From contig JBGUKN010000072.1 of the NCBI GenBank assembly GCA_045114455.1, positions 945 to 64,944 of the forward strand: a DNA stretch of 64,000 nucleotides, written 5' to 3'. The first letter of the stretch is position 1; every line of letters starts with the position of its first letter. Made by a program: the position numbers and the translations under genes. Shown in pieces: positions 21,392 through 31,040 of the stretch. Source of the DNA: Victivallales bacterium. GTDB taxonomy: Bacteria; Verrucomicrobiota; Lentisphaeria; Victivallales; UBA1829. Below the pieces are notes generated by a model. It had not been told where the DNA came from, searched no databases, and saw nothing but the letters and a program-made list of their open reading frames with translations.

Positions 21392-22633
21392 ATGAACTGC
21401 AAATCTCTTCTTGTCCTTTTTACGGCGTGTGCCATATCGTTTTCCGCTGCCGCACAAAGCAGCCCGTCGGCGCTTTCCCTGAAGGGCCTCCCCGCCGGAC
21501 TCGACGACGAAGCCGCGGAAGCCGCCATCCGCAGGGCGCTCCTTTCCCAGCCCGCCACCGAGGAAGAGGTGGAAAAGGCGCTTTCCTTTATGCCCGACGT
21601 AGTCGCTGAAGTCAACGGGACCAAGATCACGAAGAAGGAAATCGTGGATCTGCTCCTTTCGAAGAAAGTATCCCAGCAGGTGCTCACGCTGACGACCGAA
21701 TCCCTTCTGCGCACCTACATGCAGCAGTATGTCGACCAGAAGATCGACACCACGATCCTCAAGCAGAAAGCGAAAGAAGCCGGATTCGAGCCGTCCGAAG
21801 AGCTCGTGAAGACGCATTTCGACGCCTCCATCAAGAAGCTCCCGGCCGAGGTTTCGGAGGAGCTGAAAGACCAGCTGAAGGCGCGCGGCCTGACGCTCGA
21901 ACAGTATCGCGACGAGATCGCGAAGGAGACCGACATCCAGGAAAACGCTTCCATCGCCGCCTACGAAGAGAAAAACTTCATCGAAAAGACGGAAAAGGCC
22001 GTCAATGACGATGCCGTCGAAAAGTTCTACCGCGAAAACCAGCAGAAATTCGCCGTCCCGGAGAGCATCACCGTCGCGCACATCCTGATTCAGTGCGAAC
22101 CGGTTTCCGCCCTCGACTCCAAGGAGGAGAAGGAGATCAAGACGAAGGCCGACAAGCTGGCAAAGGAGCAGATCGATGATATCTACGCCGAACTCGTGAA
22201 AGATCCGGACAGTTTCGAAAAACTCGCCCGGGAAAAGAGCAACTGCCCCTCCGGCAAGCGCGACAACGGCAAACTGCCCGCGTTCGACAAGGACGGCATG
22301 CTGCTGGACCAGTCCGGTATGCTCGATCCCGACTTCGCCGCCGCCGCGTTCAAGATCGAAAAGGCCGGCGAATTCACCAAGCCCGTCCACACGCAGTTCG
22401 GTTACCACATCATCAAGCTCCTGAAACAGGACCCGAAGGGCTATCTCCCGCTTGAAAAGGTCAAGGGCGAAATCCACGATTTCCTCGTGGACAAAACCGT
22501 CTCCGAAGAGATCCAGGCCATGATCAAGGCCGAGCGCGCAAAAGGCGGCATCAAACTCTACGAATTCACGCCCGCCAAGGCCGATTCCGACTCGAAAAAG
22601 GACTCCGCCGCGGCCCCGGCCCCCATCCTCTGA
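21392..22633 (+). CDS. Peptidyl-prolyl cis-trans isomerase, parvulin type (SurA/PrsA-like chaperone)
   Basis: Signal peptide MNCKSLLVLFTACAISFSAAAQ. The rotamase domain runs ITVAHILI...CPSGKRDNGKL...FGYHIIKL. Confidence 0.85.
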   Translation: MNCKSLLVLFTACAISFSAAAQSSPSALSLKGLPAGLDDEAAEAAIRRALLSQPATEEEVEKALSFMPDVVAEVNGTKITKKEIVDLLLSKKVSQQVLTLTTESLLRTYMQQYVDQKIDTTILKQKAKEAGFEPSEELVKTHFDASIKKLPAEVSEELKDQLKARGLTLEQYRDEIAKETDIQENASIAAYEEKNFIEKTEKAVNDDAVEKFYRENQQKFAVPESITVAHILIQCEPVSALDSKEEKEIKTKADKLAKEQIDDIYAELVKDPDSFEKLAREKSNCPSGKRDNGKLPAFDKDGMLLDQSGMLDPDFAAAAFKIEKAGEFTKPVHTQFGYHIIKLLKQDPKGYLPLEKVKGEIHDFLVDKTVSEEIQAMIKAERAKGGIKLYEFTPAKADSDSKKDSAAAPAPIL

Positions 22634-22656
22634 CCGTACGGTCTGTTCTCAAACTC

Positions 22657-22696
22657 CATGCGACGCGTCCATGCTTTCGGGCGCGCCGTTTTTTTT
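22657..22696 (+). terminator. Candidate terminator after the PPIase gene
   Basis: GC-rich palindromic segments (GACGCGTC, GGCGCGCC) followed by a run of eight T (22689-22696). Confidence 0.4.
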
Positions 22697-22833
22697 CATC
22701 ATCGGAAGGCTCACTTTGGCACGAATATGGGACAGAATGTCGCAAGGCACAGGACAAATGACAGCCATATGGAATCGGATTCGAGGCAACGAGGCTCAAT
22801 GAACTTGATTTGGCATAAAGTATGCTTATCAAT

Positions 22834-22863
22834 CTTGAATAAAACGATCCATACAACCCCATT
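22834..22863 (+). promoter_or_regulatory. Sigma-32 (RpoH)-like heat-shock promoter
   Basis: CTTGAA (22834-22839), 17-nt spacer, CCCCATT (22857-22863). This matches the CTTGAA-N13-17-CCCCATNT consensus. It lies upstream of the zinc-ribbon gene, htpG and dnaJ. Confidence 0.5.
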
Positions 22864-22926
22864 GACGCGAACCGCGCGGCTCGAAAAAACGCGAAGGTGC
22901 GCCGCTGAAACGAAGGACAAGTCGAC

Positions 22927-23190
22927 ATGCCCACCTATGAATACGTCTGCAAACACTGCGGATACGAATTCGAAAAATTCCAGCAGATGACCGAAGACCA
23001 CCTGAAAACATGCCCGGAATGCGGCAAGGACACGCTGAAACGCAAAATTGGCGCGGGGTCCGGCGTGATCTTCGTCGGCTCCGGATTCTACTGCAACGAC
23101 TACAAGGGCGCCAACGCCAGCCTCGGCAACCCGACGTCGAAGAAACCCAAAACGGCGGCTCCCGCTGCAAAGAAAGCTTCGAAGCGGTAA
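22927..23190 (+). CDS. FmdB-family zinc-ribbon protein
   Basis: MPTYEYVCKHCGYEFEKFQQM...CPECG, the CxxC-N-CxxC zinc-ribbon signature of this family. Confidence 0.85.
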   Translation: MPTYEYVCKHCGYEFEKFQQMTEDHLKTCPECGKDTLKRKIGAGSGVIFVGSGFYCNDYKGANASLGNPTSKKPKTAAPAAKKASKR

Positions 23191-23244
23191 AACGCTTCCG
23201 TCCGTCGAACGCAAACAAAAACACACAACAAAGGAGACAGAGTT

Positions 23245-25146
23245 ATGTCCAGGCATATTCAATTCAAGGCTGAAGTCAAAGAACTGCTCAACATGATGAT
23301 CAACTCGATCTACTCGAACAAGGAGATCTTCCTGCGCGAGCTGATCGCAAACGCCGCCGACGCGCTCGACAAACGGCGTTTCCTGGCTCTAACCCATCCC
23401 GAGCTCGCCAGTGAGGGCGAGATCCGCATCACCGCCGACGAAGCCGCCTGCACGCTGGCGATCTCCGACAACGGCATCGGCATGACGAAGGACGAACTGG
23501 TCGAAAACCTCGGCACCATCGCGCATTCCGGTTCGCGCGGATTCCTGGCCGAACTGAAAAAGGCGCAGGAGGAGAACCCCGCGACCGCGCCCGAGCTCAT
23601 CGGACAGTTCGGCGTCGGCTTCTACGCCGCCTTCATGGCTGCCGACAAAGTGTCCGTGCTGACGAAGAAGGCGGGCGAGGAACAGGCGTACCTGTGGGAA
23701 TCCGAAGGCGTCGACACGTTCACCGTGAACGAGGCGGAAAAGGATGCCGTCGGCACGACCGTGACCCTGCATCTGAAAGACGATTTCAAGAACTATCTCG
23801 AATACTGGACCGTTTCGTCCGTGGTCCGCAAATACTCCGACTTCATCGAGTATCCGATCCGGATGGCGCATAAGACCAAGGACAAGGACGGCAAGGACGT
23901 CATCGAGGACGAAACGCTGAATACCATGAAGGCGATCTGGCTGCGCCCGGAATCCGAAGTCACCGAGGACGAATACAAGAGCTTCTACTCGCACCTGTCC
24001 GGCGACTATGAAGCGCCGCTGAAGCGCATCGTCTTTTCCGCCGAGGGCGCGTCCGAATTCAAGGCCCTGCTCTTCCTCGCCGCCAAGCTCCCGTTCCAGT
24101 ACCAGTTCGGCGTCCGCAACAAAAAGACGCTCAGCCTGTATGTGAAGCGCGTCTTCATCACCGACGAATGCCCCGGCCTGCTCCCGGACTACATGAACGG
24201 CTTCGTGTCCGGCGTGGTCGATTCGAGCGACCTGCCGCTGAACATCTCGCGCGAGACGCTTCAGGACAATCCGCAGATCAAGCGCATCTCCAAGGCCATC
24301 GTGAAGCGCGTCTTCTCCGAGCTCCAGACCATGATGGAGAAGGACCGCGCGACGTACGAAAAATTCTACGGCGAGTTCAGCCGCCTCATCAAGGAAGGCG
24401 CGTACAGCGACTGGGAAAACCGCGAGAAACTCCAGAACCTGCTGCTCTTCGAGACCATGAACGGCGAACCCGGCAAACTCGTGTCGCTGAAGGAATACTC
24501 CGACGCCATGCCGCCCACGCAGAAGGCCATCTACTTCATCACCGGCGAAAACCGCGCCGCCGTGGACCACTCCCCGCAGCTGGAGCTCTTCCGCCAGCAG
24601 AAGCTTGACGTGCTGTATCTGCTCGACCCGGTCGATGAGTTCGTCATCAACGGCATCGGCAAGTACGCGGAAAAGGACATCGTGTCCGTCTCCAAGAGCG
24701 ACCTGAAGCTCGACGAGCCCGTGCAGAAGGAGCTCGAGAAGAAGACGAAGGAAGCCGCCGAGCAGAACAAGTCCCTGCTCGAATTCCTGAAGAAGACGCT
24801 CGAAAACCAGGTGAAGGACGTCCGGTTCTCCGCCCGCCTCACCGAAAGCGTCTGCTGCCTCGTCGGCGACGAGGCCGATCCCTCCGTGAACATGCAGCGC
24901 CTGATGAAGGCGATGAAGCAGGAAGCCCCGGAAGTGAAGCGCATCCTGGAGCTCAATCCCGATGCTCCGCTGATCCAGGCGATGGCAAAGAAATATGAGG
25001 CGGAACCCGGCAGCCCCATGCTGACGGACTACGCCGCCATGCTGTACGACCAGGCCCTGCTCTGCGAAGGCTCCGAACTGCCCGATCCCGCGGCGTTCGC
25101 CCGCAGGACCGCGAAACTGATGACCGACGGCCTGAGCAAGAACTGA
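23245..25146 (+). CDS. htpG: Molecular chaperone HtpG (Hsp90)
   Basis: YSNKEIFLRELIANAADALDK, GQFGVGFYAAFMAADKV. 633 aa. Confidence 0.95.
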   Translation: MSRHIQFKAEVKELLNMMINSIYSNKEIFLRELIANAADALDKRRFLALTHPELASEGEIRITADEAACTLAISDNGIGMTKDELVENLGTIAHSGSRGFLAELKKAQEENPATAPELIGQFGVGFYAAFMAADKVSVLTKKAGEEQAYLWESEGVDTFTVNEAEKDAVGTTVTLHLKDDFKNYLEYWTVSSVVRKYSDFIEYPIRMAHKTKDKDGKDVIEDETLNTMKAIWLRPESEVTEDEYKSFYSHLSGDYEAPLKRIVFSAEGASEFKALLFLAAKLPFQYQFGVRNKKTLSLYVKRVFITDECPGLLPDYMNGFVSGVVDSSDLPLNISRETLQDNPQIKRISKAIVKRVFSELQTMMEKDRATYEKFYGEFSRLIKEGAYSDWENREKLQNLLLFETMNGEPGKLVSLKEYSDAMPPTQKAIYFITGENRAAVDHSPQLELFRQQKLDVLYLLDPVDEFVINGIGKYAEKDIVSVSKSDLKLDEPVQKELEKKTKEAAEQNKSLLEFLKKTLENQVKDVRFSARLTESVCCLVGDEADPSVNMQRLMKAMKQEAPEVKRILELNPDAPLIQAMAKKYEAEPGSPMLTDYAAMLYDQALLCEGSELPDPAAFARRTAKLMTDGLSKN

Positions 25147-25173
25147 TTGAACTGAGAACGGAAGGCAGCCCCC

Positions 25174-26355
25174 ATGCCCGCACGACACACCGAACTGTAT
25201 GAGCTACTAGAAATCTCCCCGGACGCCGACGAGGACGCCATCAAGAAGGCGTACCGGCGTCTGGCCGTGAAATACCACCCGGACAAGAACCCCGGCGACA
25301 AGGAAGCCGAGGAGAAGTTCAAGAAGATCTCCCACGCCTACGAAATCCTGGGCAACAGGGAAAAACGCCAGATCTACGACCAGTACGGCGAAGATGCCGC
25401 GAACGGAAACGGCGGGGGCGGCGGGTTCTCCGGCGATCCCTTCGACATCTTCAACCAGTTCTTCGGCGGCGGGGGCGGCGGATTCGAGTCGTTCTTCGGC
25501 GGCGGGCGCAGACGCGATCCGAACGGCCCGCAACCGGGCGCGGACCTGCGCTACAACCTCGGAATCACGCTGGACGAGGCGTTCAAGGGCGTCACGAAGA
25601 AGATTGAGTTCAACCGCCCCGGACTGTGCACCACATGCGGCGGCTCCGGATGCGCCGACGGCACGAAGCCGGAACGCTGCGACCGCTGCAAGGGCAGCGG
25701 ACAGGTCGGCGTTTCCCAGGGCTTCTTTACTATGATGCACGAATGTCCCGTGTGCCACGGCACCGGCCGGAAGATCGCCCACAAGTGCGCGAAATGCAAC
25801 GGCGCGGGCAAGGTCAGCGTCCACCGTGCGATCGAGGTCCACATCCCCGCCGGCATCGACACCGGCAACCGGATGCGCGTGACCGGCGAGGGCGAACCCG
25901 GGCTGCGCGGCGGCGCGGACGGCGACCTTTACATCATGATCCAGGTCCGCCCGGACAAGCGTTTCCAGCGCGAGGACGAGGACATCTACGCCGAATATCA
26001 CATCCCGTTCCCCGTGGCCGCGCTGGGCGGAACCGTTACGATCCCGACCGTGCACGGCGACGCGGAGCTGACAGTCCCTGCCGGGACGCAGAACGGCGAC
26101 GTGCTCACGCTGAAAGGAAAGGGCATGCCGGTGCGGCAGCGTCAGGGCGTCTTCGGCAACCACCATGTGAAACTCACGATCGACGTCCCGCGCAAGCTCA
26201 ACGATGCCCAGCGCGAGGCGCTGAAGGCCTATGCGGCGGCATTCCGGACGGACGGCGGCGGCACGAAGAACAACGGCGCCGAACCGAACTTCACCATCAA
26301 CGCCGACAACGATCCGAGTTTCTTCCAGAAGCTCAAAGACAAGGTCGGGCTGTGA
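25174..26355 (+). CDS. dnaJ: Molecular chaperone DnaJ
   Basis: J domain with KYHPDKNPGD, a G/F-rich linker, and four CxxCxGxG zinc-finger repeats (CTTCGGSG, CDRCKGSG, CPVCHGTG, CAKCNGAG). Confidence 0.95.
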   Translation: MPARHTELYELLEISPDADEDAIKKAYRRLAVKYHPDKNPGDKEAEEKFKKISHAYEILGNREKRQIYDQYGEDAANGNGGGGGFSGDPFDIFNQFFGGGGGGFESFFGGGRRRDPNGPQPGADLRYNLGITLDEAFKGVTKKIEFNRPGLCTTCGGSGCADGTKPERCDRCKGSGQVGVSQGFFTMMHECPVCHGTGRKIAHKCAKCNGAGKVSVHRAIEVHIPAGIDTGNRMRVTGEGEPGLRGGADGDLYIMIQVRPDKRFQREDEDIYAEYHIPFPVAALGGTVTIPTVHGDAELTVPAGTQNGDVLTLKGKGMPVRQRQGVFGNHHVKLTIDVPRKLNDAQREALKAYAAAFRTDGGGTKNNGAEPNFTINADNDPSFFQKLKDKVGL

Positions 26356-26358
26356 TCC

Positions 26359-27498
26359 ATGAGCGCGCGTACCCAGCAGATCTTATGCGGCTTCGAGGAT
26401 AAGACGCTCGCTCCATACGCCGTTCACGCCGGCGCGCTCCACGGACGCCGCTACCCCGAAACGCCCCACCCGTACCGGACCGAGTTCCAGCGCGACCGCG
26501 ACCGCATCCTGCACAGCCAGGCGTTCCGGCGGCTGGAATACAAAACGCAGGTATTCCTGAGCACGACCGGCGACCATCTGCGGAACCGTCTCACGCACAC
26601 GATCGAGGTGGCGGGCATCGCGCGCACGATCGCCCGGAGCCTCGGACTGAACGAAGACCTCACGGAGGCCATCGCGCTCGCGCACGACCTCGGGCACACG
26701 CCGTTCGGGCACGCAGGGGAACGCGCCCTGCACAGCCTGATGGAGGGACACGGCGGATTCGACCACAATTTTCAGGCGATCCGCGTGGTCGACCTGCTGG
26801 AGAAGAAATACCCTGCCTACGACGGGATCAACCTCACCTGGGAGACCCGTGCAGGCCTCATCAAACACCGTTCGCCGCTGCATCCAACCCTGCTCGACGG
26901 CGTGGAGCTCGCCCCGGCCCCATGCCTGGAAGCGCAGGCCGCCGACCTCGCCGATGACCTCACCTACTACGGGCACGACGTCGACGACGGACTGGACGCC
27001 GGGATCATCACGGAGGACATGCTGGAAGGCATCGCGATCTGGCGCATGGCCGCCGAAGAAACGAAATCGCTCGGACTGAAGCGCGGCGACGGAAAATTCC
27101 TGACCTACACCGTGCGCGCGCTCATCAACCGCATGGTCGGCGACGCCATCGAAACATCCGCGAAGCTGATCGAGGCGTCCGGCGTGAAAACGCCCGGCGA
27201 CGCCCCGGCGAAGGGCATGACGCTGATCGCGTGGAGCCAGGAATTCCAGGTGCTGACCAGCGAACTGAGGACGTTCCTGTACGAAAACCTGTATTTCTCG
27301 CAGGAGCTCAAAAAGCTCAACCAGCTCTCGAAGGAGCGCATGTCATTCCTGTTCGACACCTTCGTGAAACACCCCGAACTCGCGGGCAGCCAGGTCCGCC
27401 GCCGCATGGAAGAGGACGGCATCCACAGGGCCGTCACGGATTACATCGCGGGCATGACTGACGTTTTCGCCATCTGCGAATACCACAGACTGAAATGA
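26359..27498 (+). CDS. dgt: dGTPase-like HD-domain triphosphohydrolase
   Basis: FQRDRDRILHSQAFRRLEYKTQVF, RLTHTIEVAGIAR, AHDLGHTPFGHAGE. Confidence 0.88.
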   Translation: MSARTQQILCGFEDKTLAPYAVHAGALHGRRYPETPHPYRTEFQRDRDRILHSQAFRRLEYKTQVFLSTTGDHLRNRLTHTIEVAGIARTIARSLGLNEDLTEAIALAHDLGHTPFGHAGERALHSLMEGHGGFDHNFQAIRVVDLLEKKYPAYDGINLTWETRAGLIKHRSPLHPTLLDGVELAPAPCLEAQAADLADDLTYYGHDVDDGLDAGIITEDMLEGIAIWRMAAEETKSLGLKRGDGKFLTYTVRALINRMVGDAIETSAKLIEASGVKTPGDAPAKGMTLIAWSQEFQVLTSELRTFLYENLYFSQELKKLNQLSKERMSFLFDTFVKHPELAGSQVRRRMEEDGIHRAVTDYIAGMTDVFAICEYHRLK

Positions 27499-28825
27499 CC
27501 GCGCCCGCCAGCGCGCAGGCGAACGGCAGCGACGGAATCTGATACCGCGGCATCAGGACCGGGCCGGGGACCGCCAGATAGTACAGCACAAACGCCGCAA
27601 ACAGCGCCAGGACGGTCCATCTGCGCCGCCGGGCATAAATCCATGCCCCAGCCGCCGTCAGCGCCCAGAGCGCCCCGGAAACGATTAAAAACGGCATCGC
27701 AAGAAACACCGCCGCATAGCTCCCGTCCATGTAGTGCCGGAACGCCGCAACGACGCCATCCTTCCGAAGGACCGCCAGCGTGCCGCGTTCACCCGTCCGC
27801 AGTCCGAGGTTCTGCAGAAAATCCGGCAGGTCGGGCAGCAGGATCCACACCTGGAACAGATGTGTGGCGGCTGTCGCGCCCGGATGTTTGAAGATCGCCT
27901 TCCTGTATTGCGCCAGGTACCATCTGTCCTGCTCCATCTCCTTTTCGAATGCGTTGAATGCGTCGGTTTCCGGTCTGACGGAAAACGCCGCTTCCGCCTC
28001 GGCTTCCAGCGCGGCGCGTTCCGTGTCGATGTCCGTACCGTTCACGCGGGCAAGGATCGCAGCGGTGTTGTGCCGTGCGGTAAGGCCGGAATTCCGGTCG
28101 AGCACGAATCCTGCGCCGACGGATTGATTGCGGATCATCCACGGCATAAGCAGAGCACAGAAGACGAGCGCGGTCAGCAGGACAGCGGCTGCTGTTCTTT
28201 TCCACGCATGGAAAATGACCGGGGCCAGGACCAGCGGGATCAGGACGAGGAAGACAGGGAGATTGACCGGTTTCGTCAGAGCCGCCAGCGCGGCGAAAAC
28301 CGCACCGAAAAGGAAATCGGAAAGGCGTTTCGTGCGCCATGCCCGGACAAGGAAGAACACCTGCCACGCGCAGAAAAACCCAAGCAGGGAGTCCGCCAGG
28401 ACCAATGGCGCGTTCGCCAGCGCAGTCAGGTTCAGCGCATACAGTACCGCCGCCCAGAACCCCGCCCGGCGTCCGGCGAGGCTTCGTCCGGCAAATGCCA
28501 CGGGAAACACGGTCAGCGCGTCGATCAGGCATCCGGCGATCGCGATATGAATGAGAGTCCGCCCGACCAGCACCAGAAAGAAGATGTACCCCGGCGGACG
28601 CTGCACCGCGGGGAAACTGGAGTCGGGTGCAATGGTCATCTTCTTCCCGTAGTTTTCCTCGATCGCTCTTGCCGGCAGGCGATACGACGCGGAATCCAGC
28701 CGCGTGAGGAGTTCCGGCGACTGCAGCGCGGGCCACGCGCACAGCACACGGATCACGAACGCGACCAGAAAGACCGGGATGATCCGGCGAAGAAAACGGT
28801 GTGTGGCGGATTGCTTGGAAAACAT
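27434..28825 (-). CDS. ArnT/PMT-like (GT39/GT83-type) polytopic glycosyltransferase
   Basis: 463 aa with more than 10 hydrophobic helices, an N-terminal loop layout like lipid-linked-sugar transferases, and a C-terminal soluble segment. The family call is by overall pattern only. The 3' end overlaps dgt by 65 nt. Confidence 0.5.
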   Translation of the reverse strand: MFSKQSATHRFLRRIIPVFLVAFVIRVLCAWPALQSPELLTRLDSASYRLPARAIEENYGKKMTIAPDSSFPAVQRPPGYIFFLVLVGRTLIHIAIAGCLIDALTVFPVAFAGRSLAGRRAGFWAAVLYALNLTALANAPLVLADSLLGFFCAWQVFFLVRAWRTKRLSDFLFGAVFAALAALTKPVNLPVFLVLIPLVLAPVIFHAWKRTAAAVLLTALVFCALLMPWMIRNQSVGAGFVLDRNSGLTARHNTAAILARVNGTDIDTERAALEAEAEAAFSVRPETDAFNAFEKEMEQDRWYLAQYRKAIFKHPGATAATHLFQVWILLPDLPDFLQNLGLRTGERGTLAVLRKDGVVAAFRHYMDGSYAAVFLAMPFLIVSGALWALTAAGAWIYARRRRWTVLALFAAFVLYYLAVPGPVLMPRYQIPSLPFACALAGAVISVCGIRRWRKRQSCPRCNP

Positions 28826-28897
28826 GGAAAAGTCTTAAAGTTGAGGAAGGACGGCTTCTTTATAAAAGAAAAATGGTCAGGATTCTCCGAAAAGAAG

Positions 28898-28925
28898 TTG
28901 CATTTTCCGCATGACGGTGTATATT
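28898..28925 (+). promoter_or_regulatory. Sigma-70-like promoter for rpmE
   Basis: TTGCAT (28898-28903), 16-nt spacer, TATATT (28920-28925). Confidence 0.45.
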
Positions 28926-29002
28926 ATAAATTGCTGTGTTGCTTTAAAGTAGCGCGGTTTTCTCAGAAATCAAATACAATTCCAACATATATGAGGTTAA
29001 AA

Positions 29003-29209
29003 ATGAAAGATTCCATCCATCCCGCGTATGGTCCGGCGAAGGTCATCTGCGCCTGCGGCAAAGTCTGGGACATCTACTCCACCCGTAAAGAGCAGAAAGT
29101 CGGCATCTGCGCCGAATGCCACCCGTTCATCACCGGCAAGCAGAAACTCGTCGACGTTGCAGGCCGCGTCGAAAAGTTCCGCCGCCGCTATCAGAAACCC
29201 GCCAAGTAA
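29003..29209 (+). CDS. rpmE: 50S ribosomal protein L31
   Basis: MKDSIHPAYGPAKVICACGKVWDIYSTRKEQKVGICAECHPFITGKQKLVDVAGRVEKF. This is the tail of a long spurious ORF. GAGG lies upstream of the ATG at 29003. Confidence 0.93.
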   Translation: MKDSIHPAYGPAKVICACGKVWDIYSTRKEQKVGICAECHPFITGKQKLVDVAGRVEKFRRRYQKPAK

Positions 29210-29268
29210 TTCGGTTTTCCCGATCGGACGGAACGGCGGTTTCCGCACAGGATGCCGCCGGATCAGCC

Positions 29269-29314
29269 AGCCCGGACCCCGCTTTTTCACGAACGGAGAC
29301 CGGGCTTGTTTTTT
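29269..29314 (+). terminator. Candidate terminator after rpmE
   Basis: AGCCCGG ... CCGGGCT stem (24-nt loop) followed by TGTTTTTTGG. Confidence 0.35.
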
Positions 29315-29342
29315 GGATTGACGAATCACAGATAACAACCCC

Positions 29343-30452
29343 ATGCGCCCGGAAGATTTCACACGGCAGATCGAACAGTTCAAAGCCAGGTTCGACAAGC
29401 TCGAAACGGAGTTGTCCGATCCCGGCGTCTACGCCGTGCCCGCCCGCGCGTCCATGCTCGCCCGGGAGCGTCAGCGTCTGGAGGGCATTTTCGCCGCGTA
29501 CGACCGCTGGACCGGGGCATTGAAATCCGCGCAGGAAAACCGCGGCCTGCTGGAGACCGAGCACGATCCCGAATTCCGTGCGCTCATCGAAAGCGATCTC
29601 GCCGAACAGGAAAAGACCGCAGTCGAGGCGGAACAGGACCTGATGGTGCGGCTGGTCCCGCCGGACAAAGCGGACTCCCGCGACGCCATCGTGGAGATCA
29701 AGCCTGCGGCGGGCGGCGAGGAGGCGGCGCTCTTTGCGGGCGACCTCTTCCGCATGTACCTGCACTACGCGGAAAAACGCGGCTGGAAGTGCGAGGTGAT
29801 GGAGCAGTCGGACTCCGAGCTCGGCGGCCTCAAGAACGTGATGTTCTCCCTCTCCGGCGAGGACATCTTCTCCCGCATGAAATACGAAAGCGGCGTCCAC
29901 CGCGTCCAGCGAATCCCCGTCACGGAGTCCGGCGGCCGCATCCACACCTCGACCGTGACCGTCTCCGTGCTGCCGGAAGCGAGCGAGATCGACGACATCG
30001 CGATCCGCCCGGAAGACCTCGAAATTTCCACGTTCCGTTCCTCCGGACCCGGCGGCCAGAACGTGAACCGGACCGATTCCGCCGTCCGCATCCGGCACAT
30101 CCCGAGCGGGCTGGTCGTGGCGAGCCAGCAGGAACGCTCCCAGATCCGCAACCGCGAGATCGCCCTGCGCATCCTGAAAAGCCGTCTGCTGGAGATCCAG
30201 CGCAGCGAGGAGGCGGCGAAACAGGCCGCCAGCAAGCGCCTGCAAGTCGGGACAGGCGACCGCAGCGAACGCATCCGCACCTACAATTTCCCGCAGAACC
30301 GCGTCACGGACCACCGGTTCGGCGTTGTCTCCATCTTCAACCTCCCAGCGCTCATGGAGGGCGACCTGGACCTGCTGCTCGATCCCCTGTTTCTGGCACA
30401 CAGCAAGCTCGTGGTGGAGGATTTCCTGAAAAATCCGGGGGAGGAATCCTGA
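29343..30452 (+). CDS. prfA: Peptide chain release factor 1
   Basis: PVTESGGRIHTS (the PxT anticodon motif of RF1) and SGPGGQNVNRTDSAVRIRHIPSG (GGQ). Confidence 0.93.
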   Translation: MRPEDFTRQIEQFKARFDKLETELSDPGVYAVPARASMLARERQRLEGIFAAYDRWTGALKSAQENRGLLETEHDPEFRALIESDLAEQEKTAVEAEQDLMVRLVPPDKADSRDAIVEIKPAAGGEEAALFAGDLFRMYLHYAEKRGWKCEVMEQSDSELGGLKNVMFSLSGEDIFSRMKYESGVHRVQRIPVTESGGRIHTSTVTVSVLPEASEIDDIAIRPEDLEISTFRSSGPGGQNVNRTDSAVRIRHIPSGLVVASQQERSQIRNREIALRILKSRLLEIQRSEEAAKQAASKRLQVGTGDRSERIRTYNFPQNRVTDHRFGVVSIFNLPALMEGDLDLLLDPLFLAHSKLVVEDFLKNPGEES

Positions 30453-30459
30453 CCGCCGC

Positions 30460-30488
30460 TTGATTTTCTTCGCCGGTCATGGCATATT
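30460..30488 (+). promoter_or_regulatory. Sigma-70-like promoter
   Basis: TTGATT (30460-30465), 17-nt spacer, CATATT (30483-30488). Confidence 0.35.
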
Positions 30489-30541
30489 ATAAGCGAAAAG
30501 GGAAACCGGAGGGGAACCGGTCCGAAAACAAGGAGGGGATC

Positions 30542-30997
30542 ATGTATTACACGCACCTAGGGCGCAATATCGCCCCGCGGGAAATCCGGGATTACGCCCG
30601 CATCTTCCGTGAGATCGACGAGGAACGCCGCGAACTGGCGGCATTCGCCGTACAGCAGGCTGCCGGATTCGGAGCCGAAATCGTCCGCCACAAGGACCGT
30701 CTGCACGACCTGGCCGAACAGGAGGAGCTGATGATGATCCGCACCCGGTACGTCGACTTCGAACCGCACTGGCGGGCGCACCGGAGATTTCAACGCTTTC
30801 TGCGCACGGCGGACTCCCGCGAGGAACTGCTGTTCTGTTCCGACTGGCTGCGCCAGCACGAAGCCGCCGAAGACACGGAGTTCCGCCAATGGCTGAGGCA
30901 CGGCTGCAGGCCGAATGCGAATGCGGAATGTTTCGACTGTCTGTACGGCACGGACCCGGAACGAATCCTGCTGTCGGTGAAAATGCAGCTGGGGTAG
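30542..30997 (+). CDS. Hypothetical protein
   Basis: The ATG at 30542 is preceded by AGGAGGGG. The 151-aa protein is charged and helical. No family recognised. Confidence 0.55.
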   Translation: MYYTHLGRNIAPREIRDYARIFREIDEERRELAAFAVQQAAGFGAEIVRHKDRLHDLAEQEELMMIRTRYVDFEPHWRAHRRFQRFLRTADSREELLFCSDWLRQHEAAEDTEFRQWLRHGCRPNANAECFDCLYGTDPERILLSVKMQLG

Positions 30998-31040
30998 GAC
31001 ATCCGGCGAAACTAAAACTCCAGCGAAAAGAATGTCGTAA

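Noticed and set aside
22717-22732. TGGCAC hexamer that could be a sigma-54 -24 element
   Set aside because: The -12 position reads TGGG rather than TTGC. A better RpoH-like promoter lies about 110 bp downstream.
23389-25188. 599-aa minus-strand ORF
   Set aside because: It is antisense to htpG, a high-GC mirror-frame artefact.
27734-29002. Upstream 420 aa or so of the 491-aa plus-strand ORF that ends with L31
   Set aside because: Only the last 68 codons (from the ATG at 29003, with an SD) are L31. The rest is antisense to the ArnT-like gene and crosses an AT-rich promoter region.
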